A DNA stretch of 64,000 nucleotides from Nitrospirota bacterium (lineage in GTDB: Bacteria > Nitrospinota_A > UBA7883). Position 1 is the first letter of the stretch. Every line of letters begins with the position of its first letter. A program made the translations under genes and the position numbers. Below the pieces are notes generated by a model that was not told the origin of the DNA, ran no database searches, and saw only the letters and a list, made by a program, of their open reading frames with translations. The stretch covers positions 74,577-138,576 of the forward strand of contig JAJRZK010000049.1 of the NCBI GenBank assembly GCA_024275315.1, in the 5' to 3' direction. Shown here piece by piece: positions 1 to 9,922 of this stretch.

Positions 1-392
1 TCGGGTTTTGGGTTCTTGTCCTCCGGTTGCAGGGCGAACCTGCCATGATGGGCGTTCTGATATCCGCCCACACACACCTGGTTTTGTTCGGATTCGTCAT
101 CATGCTGATAATGGGTGTGGCGTACTGGATGTTTCCCAGGCCCGCGAAAGATGACATTCGCTACAGCCCGAAGATGGCGGAGCTGAATTACTGGCTCATC
201 ACGATTGGCACGGTTGTGCGCACGTTCGGGGAACTCTATTATTATATGACCGCCTGGAAGGGCGCGTACGCTCTGATAACTATAGGGGCCATATCACAGC
301 TTCTGTCCGGTTTCGTCTTCTCCTGGAATATATGGACCAGGATACGGGCCATCGGCAGTCAGCACCGCGAAGCAAAAGGGGAAAAGTTCTAG
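1..392 (+). CDS. C-terminal fragment of a polytopic membrane protein, heme-copper oxidase subunit I-like (NorB/CcoN family?). The 5' end lies outside the window.
   Basis: Reading frame is open from nt 1 to the stop at 390-392. Hydrophobic helices are present. 'HTHLVLFGFV' resembles the helix-X HxH heme-ligand motif of heme-copper oxidases. Confidence 0.4.
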   Translation, partial: GFWVLVLRLQGEPAMMGVLISAHTHLVLFGFVIMLIMGVAYWMFPRPAKDDIRYSPKMAELNYWLITIGTVVRTFGELYYYMTAWKGAYALITIGAISQLLSGFVFSWNIWTRIRAIGSQHREAKGEKF

Positions 393-585
393 CGCAACGT
401 TCTCCTTTTCGCAGAATTTCCGCCCAGTCCCGGTGTGGAAGACGCCGCGAATGGCCGGGGTATGCGTTTTGACGCAGTTGGTCAATCCCGCAATGTACGC
501 AATTTAGCGATCATGTATAATGTCCCCTGGTATAAAATCAAGACTTTCTATCATCTCGTTTATAACGCGGGGAAAGGTCAGCCGG

Positions 586-1563
586 ATGCGCGCTCTGGAG
601 GATATGAAAATCCTGATAGTCGACGACTCCAGGATGTTCAGGAACCTGATCCAGACTCTGCTCAACGACTCCGGATATAAAAACGTGGAATGGGTGGATT
701 GCGCCGAAGGGGCCATGAAATACTTCGGCATGAACAGCGATGGTGAATCAGATCCAAAAGGAACCGACCTGGTGCTGATGGACGTGATAATGAAGGAGAT
801 GGATGGCATCGAGGCTTGCAGGCGGATAAAAAGCGACGAGCGGCTGAATGATATTCCCGTCGTCATGGTCACATCGATTTCAGAAAAGAAAAGCCTGCAA
901 AAAGCGTTTGAAGCCGGCGCGGTCGATTATATCACCAAGCCTTTCGACCAGGTCGAGGTCCGCGTCCGGGTCGGGTCTGTGTTGCGGTTAAAACGTGAAA
1001 TCGACGAGCGCAAAGACCGTGAACGAGAGCTTGCCATAGCAAACAAGGAGTTAAAAAGGCTGTCATCACTCGACGGATTGACCGGGATCGCCAACCGGCG
1101 GTATTTCGACGAGCACATCGAGGCGGAGTGGAGGCGGGCCATGCGCGATTCAAAACCTCTTTCCATTATGATAATCGACATCGATTTTTTTAAACCCTAC
1201 AACGACCATTACGGACACCAGGGGGGTGATAGCTGTTTGAAGCAGGTCGCCTGCGCAATTAATGATTACGCAAGGCGGGGCGGAGATTTCGCGGCCAGGT
1301 ATGGCGGCGAGGAGTTTGTGGTTACCCTGGCCGGCACAGACAGGGACAAAGCCGCTAGCATGGCGGAAAAATTGCGCGAAGCGGTGGAATCGCTGAGGAT
1401 ACCACACGAAAAATCGAAAGCGAGTAGCGTGGTCACAGTCAGCATAGGCGTGTCCACGGTGAATCCGAACACCGAAATGCTCCCCTCGACACTGATCGAG
1501 CTGGCCGACAAGGGCTTGTATCGCGCGAAGGAAAAAGGCCGTAACCAGGTCCAGGTTTTTTAA
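586..1563 (+). CDS. Response regulator receiver-GGDEF diguanylate cyclase (PleD-like)
   Basis: N-terminal 'KILIVDDS...LVLMDVIMKEMDG' receiver domain. C-terminal GGDEF domain with a 'GGEEF' active site and 'RYGGEEF'. ATG at 586 is preceded by GGAAAGG. Confidence 0.85.
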   Translation: MRALEDMKILIVDDSRMFRNLIQTLLNDSGYKNVEWVDCAEGAMKYFGMNSDGESDPKGTDLVLMDVIMKEMDGIEACRRIKSDERLNDIPVVMVTSISEKKSLQKAFEAGAVDYITKPFDQVEVRVRVGSVLRLKREIDERKDRERELAIANKELKRLSSLDGLTGIANRRYFDEHIEAEWRRAMRDSKPLSIMIIDIDFFKPYNDHYGHQGGDSCLKQVACAINDYARRGGDFAARYGGEEFVVTLAGTDRDKAASMAEKLREAVESLRIPHEKSKASSVVTVSIGVSTVNPNTEMLPSTLIELADKGLYRAKEKGRNQVQVF

Positions 1564-1620
1564 CGATCTCTAAAGGACGGAGAGGCTTGTTTGAGCCCGG
1601 ATAGGCTGACCCCGGAGGGC

Positions 1621-2019
1621 TTATTTGAGCCCTTTGGAGTTGAAAAACGGGCCGTATTTCTTGTCCGTTTTGGCTATATGCTCCTTGAGCCATTCCACCA
1701 CGAAATTCATTATATCGTCTTTCAGCACGATGTCGCCGGAGTAGTAGTTGGAATAAAACTCCTTCACCTGCAACTTGAGATCGTCATGCTCTTTTTTGTG
1801 CTCTTCATACTCGTCGTACCCGTAGGCGATCATGTCCATTTCCTCGGCAAGGAAATGTTTGCTGGTATACTCCAGCAACTTGTCGAGGATGGCGCCGATA
1901 TCGTATTTCCCCTTCTCTTCTCTTATCCCACGGTGCAGATCGTCAACCAGCTTTACAAGCTGTTTGTGCTGCGCGTCGAATTTAATCACGCCGACGCTCA
2001 AGCTGTCTTTCCATTCCAT
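1621..2019 (-). CDS. Bacteriohemerythrin (HHE cation-binding domain)
   Basis: 132 aa. 'WKDSLSVGV..FDAQHKQLV..H..EE..M..YGY..Y..HK.EH' and C-terminal 'MNFV.EWL.EHI..TDKKY' match bacterial hemerythrins. Confidence 0.85.
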   Translation of the reverse strand: MEWKDSLSVGVIKFDAQHKQLVKLVDDLHRGIREEKGKYDIGAILDKLLEYTSKHFLAEEMDMIAYGYDEYEEHKKEHDDLKLQVKEFYSNYYSGDIVLKDDIMNFVVEWLKEHIAKTDKKYGPFFNSKGLK

Positions 2020-2271
2020 TGTCGCAGACCCTTTATCTGAATATATCGTGTAAACAGTTCAACTCGACCAGTACAAAACCACCGTATTATAACATTTGGC
2101 AAGCGACAATCTATCATTTTGATTCATGGTTTTACGTTATATGCGAATTTTTATGGGATTTGTGAATAAAAGGTTGAAATTCAACAATTTCCCCGCAGGC
2201 GTATAGCCAGAAAGCCAATGCCGAAACACGTTGCGGCTTGTATTTTCTTTCCAGGTTAGGTACGGATAAAT

Positions 2272-3405
2272 CTATCGATCCCGCCCCGCGCCAGACCAGC
2301 TGGCCAGGCGTTCACATATCTCGTCAAGATCAAGCGATTCATTCACGACACCGGCTTTCAGGGCGGAAGCGGGCATTCCGCCCACCACGCACGTTTCCGG
2401 ATCCTGCGCCAGCACCGGAAAACCCTTTGTGGCGAAATCCTTCGCCCCTTTGGAGCCGTCATCCCCCATCCCGGTCATGATTATCGCCACGGGGCTCAAA
2501 GCGACCGATGCGGACGTGGTGAACAAGAGATCCACCGATGGTTTGTAGGGCGTTTTCTGTCCCTCGTGGACTTTCAGTACCAGCTCTTCATCCTTGTTGC
2601 GCACCACACCGCTGTTTTTTCCCCCCGGCGCGATGACCACCATGCCTGGCTTCAACACCATCCCATCGCTTCCCTCCAGCACGTTCAGCCCGGTTTTTCT
2701 GTTGAGATGGTAGGCCAGGCTCGCCGTGAATCTGGCTGGCATGTGCTGGGCTATCACCATGGGGCAGGGCAATTCCCCGGTCGACGTCAGAAAGTCGGAC
2801 ATCACCGACGGCCCCCCGGTCGAAACGCCTATCACCACCAGATCGACCGGCGTAACGGGGGTAACCTTTTCCATGGCCGGCCTGCCCGTGTCTGGCGCGG
2901 CGCCTTGCGTCGCGGCAATAAAACCCTCTGAACCGGCGCCGGACGGGATATCCGCGTGATCGCGCCTCTTTTTCTTTTCCAGCGAAAGCCGGTGCTGGAC
3001 AAATGGTAGCGAGTTTTTGCCCCAGAAATGTACTTTGGTCAATATCTCGTTGTTGACGCGGAGCAGTTCGAACTTCGCCATGGAATTTTTCTTGGAGATA
3101 AAATCAACCGCTCCGTGCTCCAGCGCCTGTATGGTGGAGGAGCTTTCCTCCTGGGTATAGTTGCTGACCATGATGATGGGAGTCGGAAACCGGGCCATGA
3201 TCTCGCGTGTGGCCTGTATGCCATCCATGTTCGGCATCTCCACGTCCATGGTTACCACGTCCGGCCTGTTTTTTTCCATGATTTTCAACGCCGCCTGGCC
3301 GTCCTCGGCTTCGCCGATCACTTCTATCTCCGGATCGGTCTCGACGATCGACCTGATGGTAAAACGGAAAAAGAGCGAATCATCTACTATGAGAAGCTTT
3401 ATCAT
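2272..3405 (-). CDS. cheB: Chemotaxis response regulator protein-glutamate methylesterase CheB
   Basis: N-terminal receiver ('LLIVDDS...VVTMDVEMPNMDG'). C-terminal methylesterase ('VVIGVSTGGP', 'HMPARFT', 'GGMPASA'). Confidence 0.9.
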   Translation of the reverse strand: MIKLLIVDDSLFFRFTIRSIVETDPEIEVIGEAEDGQAALKIMEKNRPDVVTMDVEMPNMDGIQATREIMARFPTPIIMVSNYTQEESSSTIQALEHGAVDFISKKNSMAKFELLRVNNEILTKVHFWGKNSLPFVQHRLSLEKKKRRDHADIPSGAGSEGFIAATQGAAPDTGRPAMEKVTPVTPVDLVVIGVSTGGPSVMSDFLTSTGELPCPMVIAQHMPARFTASLAYHLNRKTGLNVLEGSDGMVLKPGMVVIAPGGKNSGVVRNKDEELVLKVHEGQKTPYKPSVDLLFTTSASVALSPVAIIMTGMGDDGSKGAKDFATKGFPVLAQDPETCVVGGMPASALKAGVVNESLDLDEICERLASWSGAGRDR

Positions 3406-3484
3406 GAGTCTGCTGTGGCGCCGGGATCAACCGGTGGCGAAACCGGGGGCCTGGCTGATGGAGACTTGCGCTTCAGGCGTTTTT

Positions 3485-6400
3485 TCATATCCACGCCGAT
3501 TTTTTTATGGCCTCGAGCAGGTCCTCCGCGTCGAGCTTGAGCAGAAACTGGTCCACACCGGCTTCTAAGGCCTGGGACACATACTCCTCCTGGGCGTAAT
3601 TGGTCAGCATTATCACCGGTAGCGAAGGATGTATGCGCTTGACTATCCTGGTGAATTCGCATCCGTCTATACGCGGCATTTCCAGGTCGGTGACGACCAG
3701 GTCCACACCATTTACAAGCCCCAGCCCCTCTTCGCCATCCTCCGCCTGGGTCACGTTGTAGCCGGCTTCGGTCAGAATGCGGCATATCATGTCACGCTGA
3801 GTCTGGGAATCGTCTACCACCAGTATGTTGTTGATGGTCCTGGCGTTCGTCTGCAACCTTGTTTCGGGCTTGATGGAGTATGTTTTTGTTTTGTTTTTTT
3901 CCGCGGCGGACGCAAAAACCTGGTCTGTGGAAAACAACAGCGTCACACGATTGTTGATTATAAGAGCCTCGTCCAGCGCCAGCTTGCCGGTGGCCCGTTC
4001 CAGCGCGGATTTTTCCACCTTGACAAGGCCACTCAGCTCGTTAACGATCAGCCCCGCCTTCCGCCCATCCTTTGTCAGGACGATAACGTACACTTTCTCC
4101 AGGTACGGAGGGGACTCGAAACCGGTTATGTACGGAGCCTTGGTTACAGGCAGGATTTCGTCGCCGTACTTGATCACATCCTGGGCGCCCACGTTTTCGA
4201 TCTGGTTTATGTTGATGATGCTGAGCTTGTTGATCCCCTTGAGGGCCATTCCGTATTGCTCCACCTGTCCGTCGCTTAGCAACAGCACCAGTTCCTCGTT
4301 GAAAACGCTCGTATCGACCCTCATCCTATCGGCGGTTTCAGAGTCTATGAGTTTGGCGACATTTATAATTTCGGTCACGTCCAGGATCAGCGCGATGGAT
4401 CCGTCTCCGAGTATGGTGGCGCCAGATATGTATTTCGCGTTGTAAATTCCCTGGAGCGAATCCAGCGGCTTGATCAGCACTTCCTCCTGGCCGAGCGTCC
4501 TGTCCACCACCAGGCCCACCTGTTTTATCCCGATCTTCACCACCACGATATCGAGCTGGTTCGATTCGTCGATGATGATAACCTCGCTTTCCAGGTTAAG
4601 CAGCTTGTTCATGAAAATGACCGGGAGTATCTCGTCTCTCAAACGCACGACCGGAACACCGCTGACCCATTCGATGCCCGATAGTGGCAACCGGACGGTT
4701 TCCATAACCGAAAACAGGGGTATGGCCAGCCTTTCCTCCTCCACCTGGCACAAAAGCGTCTGCATGATGGCCAGGGTCAGCGGGATGCGTATCTTTATCC
4801 TGGTCCCCTTTCCCGGTTGCGATTCAATATCTATCTGGCCCTTGAGGTTTTCTATGTTGGTCTTGACCACATCCATCCCCACACCGCGTCCTGAAACGTC
4901 GGACACCTCCTCCGCGGTGGAAAACCCGGGCAGGAATATCAGGGAAAGTTTCTCGGCGGGGCTGAGGGCCTCCACGGCTTCCGCGGTCAACAGCTTTTTC
5001 TCGATCACTTTGGTTGCGATGACATACTGGTCTATCCCTTTGCCGTCGTCTATGATCTCTATGATGATCGAGTTGCCCTCCTGGAACGCGTTTAAGTGTA
5101 TGGAACCGCGCCGCGGTTTGCCCGCGGTGACCCGGTCGTCGGGGAACTCTATTCCATGATCCACGCAATTGCGGATGATATGCATCAGCGGATCGGAAAT
5201 GGATTCTATCAGGTTCTTGTCCAGCTCCGTCTCGGAACCGCTGATGATGAGGTCCGCCTCCTTGCCCAGCGCTCTGCAAAGGTCGCGGACCACACGGTTG
5301 AACTTGCTGAAAATGTTGCCCACAGGCAACATCCTGGTGCTCATCACGGCCCCCTGCAGGCTACCGGTCACCATGTCGAGCTGGCTGGCCAGGTTGTTGA
5401 AGTCCTCGATGAGCTGCTCTGTTTTCTCCTCGTTTACCAGTTGGTGATTAAGCTGGTTGTACCGGTTCCGGAGAAGGACAAGCTCTCCCACCGAGTTCAT
5501 CAGATCGTCCAGCCGGGAGACGTTCACCCGGATTGTGTTTATTTTCTCCTTTGCGTGCTGGATGGACGGAGGCGTGTTCCCGACACGTTTATCGCCCGGC
5601 TTGCTTCCCGGTTGCGGCTCTACGACTCCTCCGTGCCGGGCGGACTGGATAGCCTCCAGGGCCATCATCAGCGAGCTTGTGTCTATATCTCCCTCGTTAT
5701 ACGTGGTCTTGAGGTTCTTGTTAAAAGCTCTCAGGGTGTCGTTTACCTCAAGACACGTGTCCAGAAGCTCTCTTGGAACAGGGGTTTTCGTCTCACGGTA
5801 ATATGACAGGGCCGATTCGGTGGAGTGGCAAAGAGCGCCGAGCTTTTTGAAACCCAGCGCGTTGGACATCCCTTTCATATTATGGATCTGCCGGAAACAG
5901 TTGTTTATCTCGTCCATCAGCCCCGGGTCGGCTTCCAGCTTCAGCAACGACAGCTCTATAACGTCGATATGCTCTCCAAACTCCTGCAGGAAATCAGGCA
6001 TGTACATATCGAGCATATGTTTGCGTTCCTCGTCCATCTCCTCCGTGGCGGGCGAGGGGGCGCTCTCGGGTTTGAGCTGTTCCCGGGCGGCGGCGAGCCT
6101 CGACACCAGGTTTTTTATGTTGATATTTTCATCGCTGGATTTGTCGGTGAGGCTGGAGTTGAACTCCCGAAGAAGATCGTTGAACTCGAACAGCAGGTCC
6201 AGCGTCTCCACCGGAGCCGGGATGGCTTGTGATCTTATCTCCGACAAAACAGACTCAACCCCGTGGCACAGATCCTCCAGCTTGGCCAGGCCGAGCGAGT
6301 TGGATATCCCTTTCATGTTGTGCGTGAGACGAAAAATGGAGTTTATCTCATCCTGGTTCGACGGCTCCTTTTCCAGCGATAACAGAGCGGCGTCTATGGT

Positions 6401-7126
6401 GTCGATATTTTCGCCCAGCTCCTGGACGAAAACGGCGATATGACCTGCTATGTCTTTTGGTTTTTCCTTCGGCTCCGGCGGGGGGGGTGGTGTTTTCGAG
6501 TCCAGAAGGATCGCAAGTTTCGTGTCGAACGGGACGGTGTCTATGGTTTCGTCGCATGTCGGGTCCATGATCTGGTTGCGCACATAGTCCATGCAGTTGT
6601 CGAACCCTTGCAGTGTGTCGATCAGCTCGATGGACACGTCCCGGTCGCTAACCTCGTAGATGGCCGATTCCAGAGATTTGCAAAGAGCCGCAAGCCTGGG
6701 CATGCCGGTTTTTTCCGCCTGCTCGCCCACCGCCTGGCAATAGGCGAGGCACGCGCCAAGCTCTCCTTTGGCGCCGGGGTTGTCCTTGAGTTTCGCAAAA
6801 GATGCGCTGAACAACTCCGCCTTGGCCGTAATTTCGTCCGTGTATTTTTTTTGCGCTTCCGGTTCCAGGGCTGGTTTTTCCTCTACGGGTCCGGGGTTGC
6901 TCTTGGGGGTGTCTAAGTCGGCGGCGGTTTCCTGCGGTGAGGGCCCGCCCTGCGTGTCCGGCTCTGGCTGTTCCGGGGAAACGTCGTGTGACTTGGTGAA
7001 AAACTGCCCCAGGATCTGCTCGTCGGTGCTGAACGGATTTTCAAACAGGGGCTTTCTTGGCTTCTTCGCCGATTTGGCCCGTTTGCGTTTTTTGCCCGGG
7101 ACCGGCTTTTTTTCTTTATTCGCCAT
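3485..7126 (-). CDS. cheA: Hybrid CheA-type histidine kinase: Lys-rich N-terminus, 2 Hpt domains, dimerisation + HATPase_c, 2 CheW-like domains, C-terminal receiver (ChpA/FrzE-like)
   Basis: Two 'HNMKG' Hpt motifs. 'GRGVGMDVV' lies in an H-box-less CheA catalytic core. Tandem CheW-like regions follow. C-terminal 'ILVVDDS...LVVTDLEMPRIDG'. Its start overlaps the upstream parA-like stop by 11 nt. Confidence 0.9.
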   Translation of the reverse strand: MANKEKKPVPGKKRKRAKSAKKPRKPLFENPFSTDEQILGQFFTKSHDVSPEQPEPDTQGGPSPQETAADLDTPKSNPGPVEEKPALEPEAQKKYTDEITAKAELFSASFAKLKDNPGAKGELGACLAYCQAVGEQAEKTGMPRLAALCKSLESAIYEVSDRDVSIELIDTLQGFDNCMDYVRNQIMDPTCDETIDTVPFDTKLAILLDSKTPPPPPEPKEKPKDIAGHIAVFVQELGENIDTIDAALLSLEKEPSNQDEINSIFRLTHNMKGISNSLGLAKLEDLCHGVESVLSEIRSQAIPAPVETLDLLFEFNDLLREFNSSLTDKSSDENINIKNLVSRLAAAREQLKPESAPSPATEEMDEERKHMLDMYMPDFLQEFGEHIDVIELSLLKLEADPGLMDEINNCFRQIHNMKGMSNALGFKKLGALCHSTESALSYYRETKTPVPRELLDTCLEVNDTLRAFNKNLKTTYNEGDIDTSSLMMALEAIQSARHGGVVEPQPGSKPGDKRVGNTPPSIQHAKEKINTIRVNVSRLDDLMNSVGELVLLRNRYNQLNHQLVNEEKTEQLIEDFNNLASQLDMVTGSLQGAVMSTRMLPVGNIFSKFNRVVRDLCRALGKEADLIISGSETELDKNLIESISDPLMHIIRNCVDHGIEFPDDRVTAGKPRRGSIHLNAFQEGNSIIIEIIDDGKGIDQYVIATKVIEKKLLTAEAVEALSPAEKLSLIFLPGFSTAEEVSDVSGRGVGMDVVKTNIENLKGQIDIESQPGKGTRIKIRIPLTLAIMQTLLCQVEEERLAIPLFSVMETVRLPLSGIEWVSGVPVVRLRDEILPVIFMNKLLNLESEVIIIDESNQLDIVVVKIGIKQVGLVVDRTLGQEEVLIKPLDSLQGIYNAKYISGATILGDGSIALILDVTEIINVAKLIDSETADRMRVDTSVFNEELVLLLSDGQVEQYGMALKGINKLSIININQIENVGAQDVIKYGDEILPVTKAPYITGFESPPYLEKVYVIVLTKDGRKAGLIVNELSGLVKVEKSALERATGKLALDEALIINNRVTLLFSTDQVFASAAEKNKTKTYSIKPETRLQTNARTINNILVVDDSQTQRDMICRILTEAGYNVTQAEDGEEGLGLVNGVDLVVTDLEMPRIDGCEFTRIVKRIHPSLPVIMLTNYAQEEYVSQALEAGVDQFLLKLDAEDLLEAIKKSAWI

Positions 7127-7856
7127 TTAGCACTTTCCGCACTATCTTGTCATAATCCTCCGCGCCATACGATTTTGGCGCATATGTGAAAATATCCTGA
7201 TGAGCCCCGACCGCTTCGGACAGCTTTACATTTTTTCTTACCGGGTTGGATACGTTTTGACCGAAACGGCTGTTGAGACTTTCAAGCACTTCCTGGCTTT
7301 TTCTGTCCCGTTTATCGTAAAACGTGGGGATAATCATCCCGATTTTCAGTTTATGCCCCATCCTGGACTGAATCCATTCCAGGTTGTCGATCACTTCCCT
7401 GGCTCCGATCAACGAAAAATAATCCATCGCCACGGGAACAAAAGCCTCGTCGGCGTATAACATGGCGTTCAGGTTGAGCAGGTTCAGCGACGGAGCGCAA
7501 TCCAGGATCACGTAGTCCATGCCGTCGAGATTTTTCATGGCCCTGATCAGGATTTTCTCACGGTCGTTCCGGGTCGCCATGAAAATCTCCGCCTGGGCCA
7601 GTGTCTTGTTGCTGGGGATCAGCCAGAGATTGTCATCTATCGGATACAGACATCTATCGAGATCGATGTTTTCCACCAGAAGATGAAACAGATTATGGCT
7701 GAACCTCAGGTTGTACCAGATCCCCAGACCTCCCTGGGGGTCCATGTCGATAAGCAGTACTTTTTTGTTGTGGCGGCGCAGGCCAGACGCTATGGTCGCC
7801 GACGTGGTCGTCTTTCCCGTTCCGCCTTTCTGGTTGATCACGACTATTTTACGCAT
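7116..7856 (-). CDS. ParA/MinD-family ATPase embedded in the chemosensory operon (ParC/PpfA-like)
   Basis: Deviant Walker A 'NQKGGTGKTT'. 246 aa. Sits between cheW and cheA with overlapping stop/start. Confidence 0.85.
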   Translation of the reverse strand: MRKIVVINQKGGTGKTTTSATIASGLRRHNKKVLLIDMDPQGGLGIWYNLRFSHNLFHLLVENIDLDRCLYPIDDNLWLIPSNKTLAQAEIFMATRNDREKILIRAMKNLDGMDYVILDCAPSLNLLNLNAMLYADEAFVPVAMDYFSLIGAREVIDNLEWIQSRMGHKLKIGMIIPTFYDKRDRKSQEVLESLNSRFGQNVSNPVRKNVKLSEAVGAHQDIFTYAPKSYGAEDYDKIVRKVLNGE

Positions 7857-7869
7857 TCTGGCGCCATCT

Positions 7870-8337
7870 TCACGCAGGTTGCGCTTCCTGGCCCGGCTCG
7901 GCGGATTCCTGCGGATCCCGGATCAGGTTTTTTATGTCGATAAGAACCACGAGCGAATCCAGACCCTTGTAGACACCAAGTATATGTTTGGGGTCGATGA
8001 TGGTTGTTTCCGACCGCATGGGGTCGATGCTGTCGGCCGGAATTTCCATGACGGTCGATAACGAGTCCACCTGGACGCCGATTTTTTTTGTCTCGTCGAG
8101 TTTGCAGATTATTATCCTGGATTCGTCGCTGTCCTCGGACATGGACAGGTTCAGCTTCGCCCGCAAATCGATAAGGGGCACGATCAGGCCGCGCAAATTG
8201 ATGATGCCTTTCAGGAATTTCGGAGCGTTGGGGATTATGGTGATACGAAATTCCGACAGAAATATGATCTCCTGGACGACCAGGACATCTATGCCGAAAA
8301 GCTCGTTGCTTATATAAAAATTGATATATTTTGGCAT
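7870..8337 (-). CDS. cheW: Chemotaxis coupling protein CheW
   Basis: 155 aa. Typical CheW core 'LFGIDVLVVQEI..........IINLRG'. Confidence 0.9.
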   Translation of the reverse strand: MPKYINFYISNELFGIDVLVVQEIIFLSEFRITIIPNAPKFLKGIINLRGLIVPLIDLRAKLNLSMSEDSDESRIIICKLDETKKIGVQVDSLSTVMEIPADSIDPMRSETTIIDPKHILGVYKGLDSLVVLIDIKNLIRDPQESAEPGQEAQPA

Positions 8338-8768
8338 ACTGGTTCCTCAACGGCTTGGGCCGAGCACCGTTTCAGTTGACAGACTCGGATGACTTTTCCC
8401 CATCAAGAGCCCGCTACTACGCAACGTCACATTGCATACTACATTTTATGGCAAGATGGACGCAAGTTTTTCGATGTTTGCGCAAAGCGGCTTCGGGGAC
8501 GGGCGCCCGGTTCCGGTTTTTTCACGAGGTGCGAATCCCGAAAACAACTGGATATTCCGCGTAAAATCAAACATGGACGGGCAATCGCCAACTTTGCGGA
8601 AACATGCGTAATTTAATTTCTTTCAACAGATAAAATGTGTTAGTATTGCAATCTTTTAAAGCTCGCATTGTATATATTTGTAGCATCCGGAGAATGCCTT
8701 AAACAGCAGGTGTTTTTTTTGGACCGATTCTTTTAAAAGCAATTAAGGGTTTAAGAGGGTTTTCGTAG

Positions 8769-9910
8769 ATGCGATTCATGACCGGCAAAGCCGTCGCTTG
8801 TGCCATTGCCATAGCGCTGGTTATCATAACATCACCCGTTCCCGCCGCTTCCAGCATGACCAACGAGGAGATGGAGAAGAAAATCCAGGCGCTCGAGGAG
8901 AAAATAGAGGAACTCGAGGCGAATTCCGAAATAAACTCCGCCATCGGCGACGACCTGGAAACCCGGCTTGACAACCTGGTGAGAATTTCCGGCTACCTGG
9001 CCGTGGAATATATCGCCACCGACAAAAAGATGATGTCAGCAGGTTCCGGATTCATCATCTGTCGCTCTTTTTCGACCGGGACCTGACCGACAAGTGGAAA
9101 ATCTTTTCCGAAATCGAGTATGAAGACGCCCCGTACATAGAGTATTCCACCTCCAAAGAAACAATAAACGGCGAAGGCAAGATACTGGTGGAACAGGCGT
9201 ACACGGACTTTACCGCCGACCAGAAGCTTAACGTCCGCGCGGGCCGGTTTCTCACTCCCGCGGGGATATGGTTGATACACCACTATCCACCCTTTGTTCC
9301 GACCCAGGCGCGGCCACAACATATCAGGAAGATTTTTCCGCAATACACGGACGGCGTCTCCGTTTTCGGCGATTTTAACATGGACACCAACCTGCTGTAT
9401 TACAACCTGTATTACGGTAACGGGGAGGGTAACCAGGGGCATGGAGACGGGAACCAGGACAAGGCTGTTGGTGGTCGTCTTCAGTTCATTGCAAACGGCC
9501 CGTTTGAGCTTAAGGCAGGCGCGTCGGGCTATACAGACACGCTGAACAACGGCACGGGAAAAACATCGATCGGGGCCGACCTGGCTTTCAGGTACGCTGG
9601 GATGAAGTTTCAATCGGAATACGCCATCGGCGATTATGATCCCGCGGAGGGAAACACATACAGGTCCATCGGCTATTACGCCCAGGTGCAATACTCTATC
9701 GGCAGACACACCATATTTTACCGGTACGATTTCTACGAGCCAAGTGACCAGGCGGACCTCGACCAGGTCACCGTCAATACCGGCGGGATGAACTATCATT
9801 GGACTCCCACGGTTGTCTCCAAGATAGAGATCAACTCCTACGCCCACGAAAGCGGTTCTTCTGCAGAGGACTATGTCGAGTGGATATTGAGTTCCGCGAT
9901 TTTCTTCTGA
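8769..9910 (+). pseudogene. Outer-membrane porin-like gene (signal peptide, coiled coil, beta-barrel; OprO/P-like or DcaP-like). It is split by a +1/-2 frameshift near 9021-9050.
   Basis: ORFs 8769-9086 (frame 0) and 9188-9910 (frame 2) are contiguous when read across the A5 run 'gacaaaaag' (9021-9029): '...VEYIATDKK|DDVSRFRIHHLSLFFDRDLTDKWKIFSEIEYEDAPY...MEQAYTDF...'. The product is rich in aromatic and beta-strand residues and ends in F. Confidence 0.5.
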
Positions 9911-9922
9911 CCGGGATAACAA

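Noticed and set aside
2174-2184. Palindrome 'TTGAAATTCAA' about 155 bp upstream of the hemerythrin start, as a possible operator
   Set aside because: It is a single short site, not matching FNR/CRP spacing (5-N4-5), in AT-rich DNA where such palindromes occur by chance. It is noted but not called.
3629-6916. Multiple plus-strand ORFs (e.g. 3629-4279, 4470-5159, 5096-5806, 5820-6443, 6440-6916) inside cheA
   Set aside because: They are antisense to a 1213-aa CheA with continuous domain architecture. They show Ser/Leu/Arg-rich low-complexity translations typical of the wrong strand.
8440-8470. Sigma-54-like 'tGGcaagatggacGCaag' element in the 8.3-8.8 kb divergent intergenic region
   Set aside because: GG-N10-GC spacing fits. 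However, it lies about 300 bp from the nearest start, with no enhancer-binding protein gene adjacent. The evidence is too weak to annotate.
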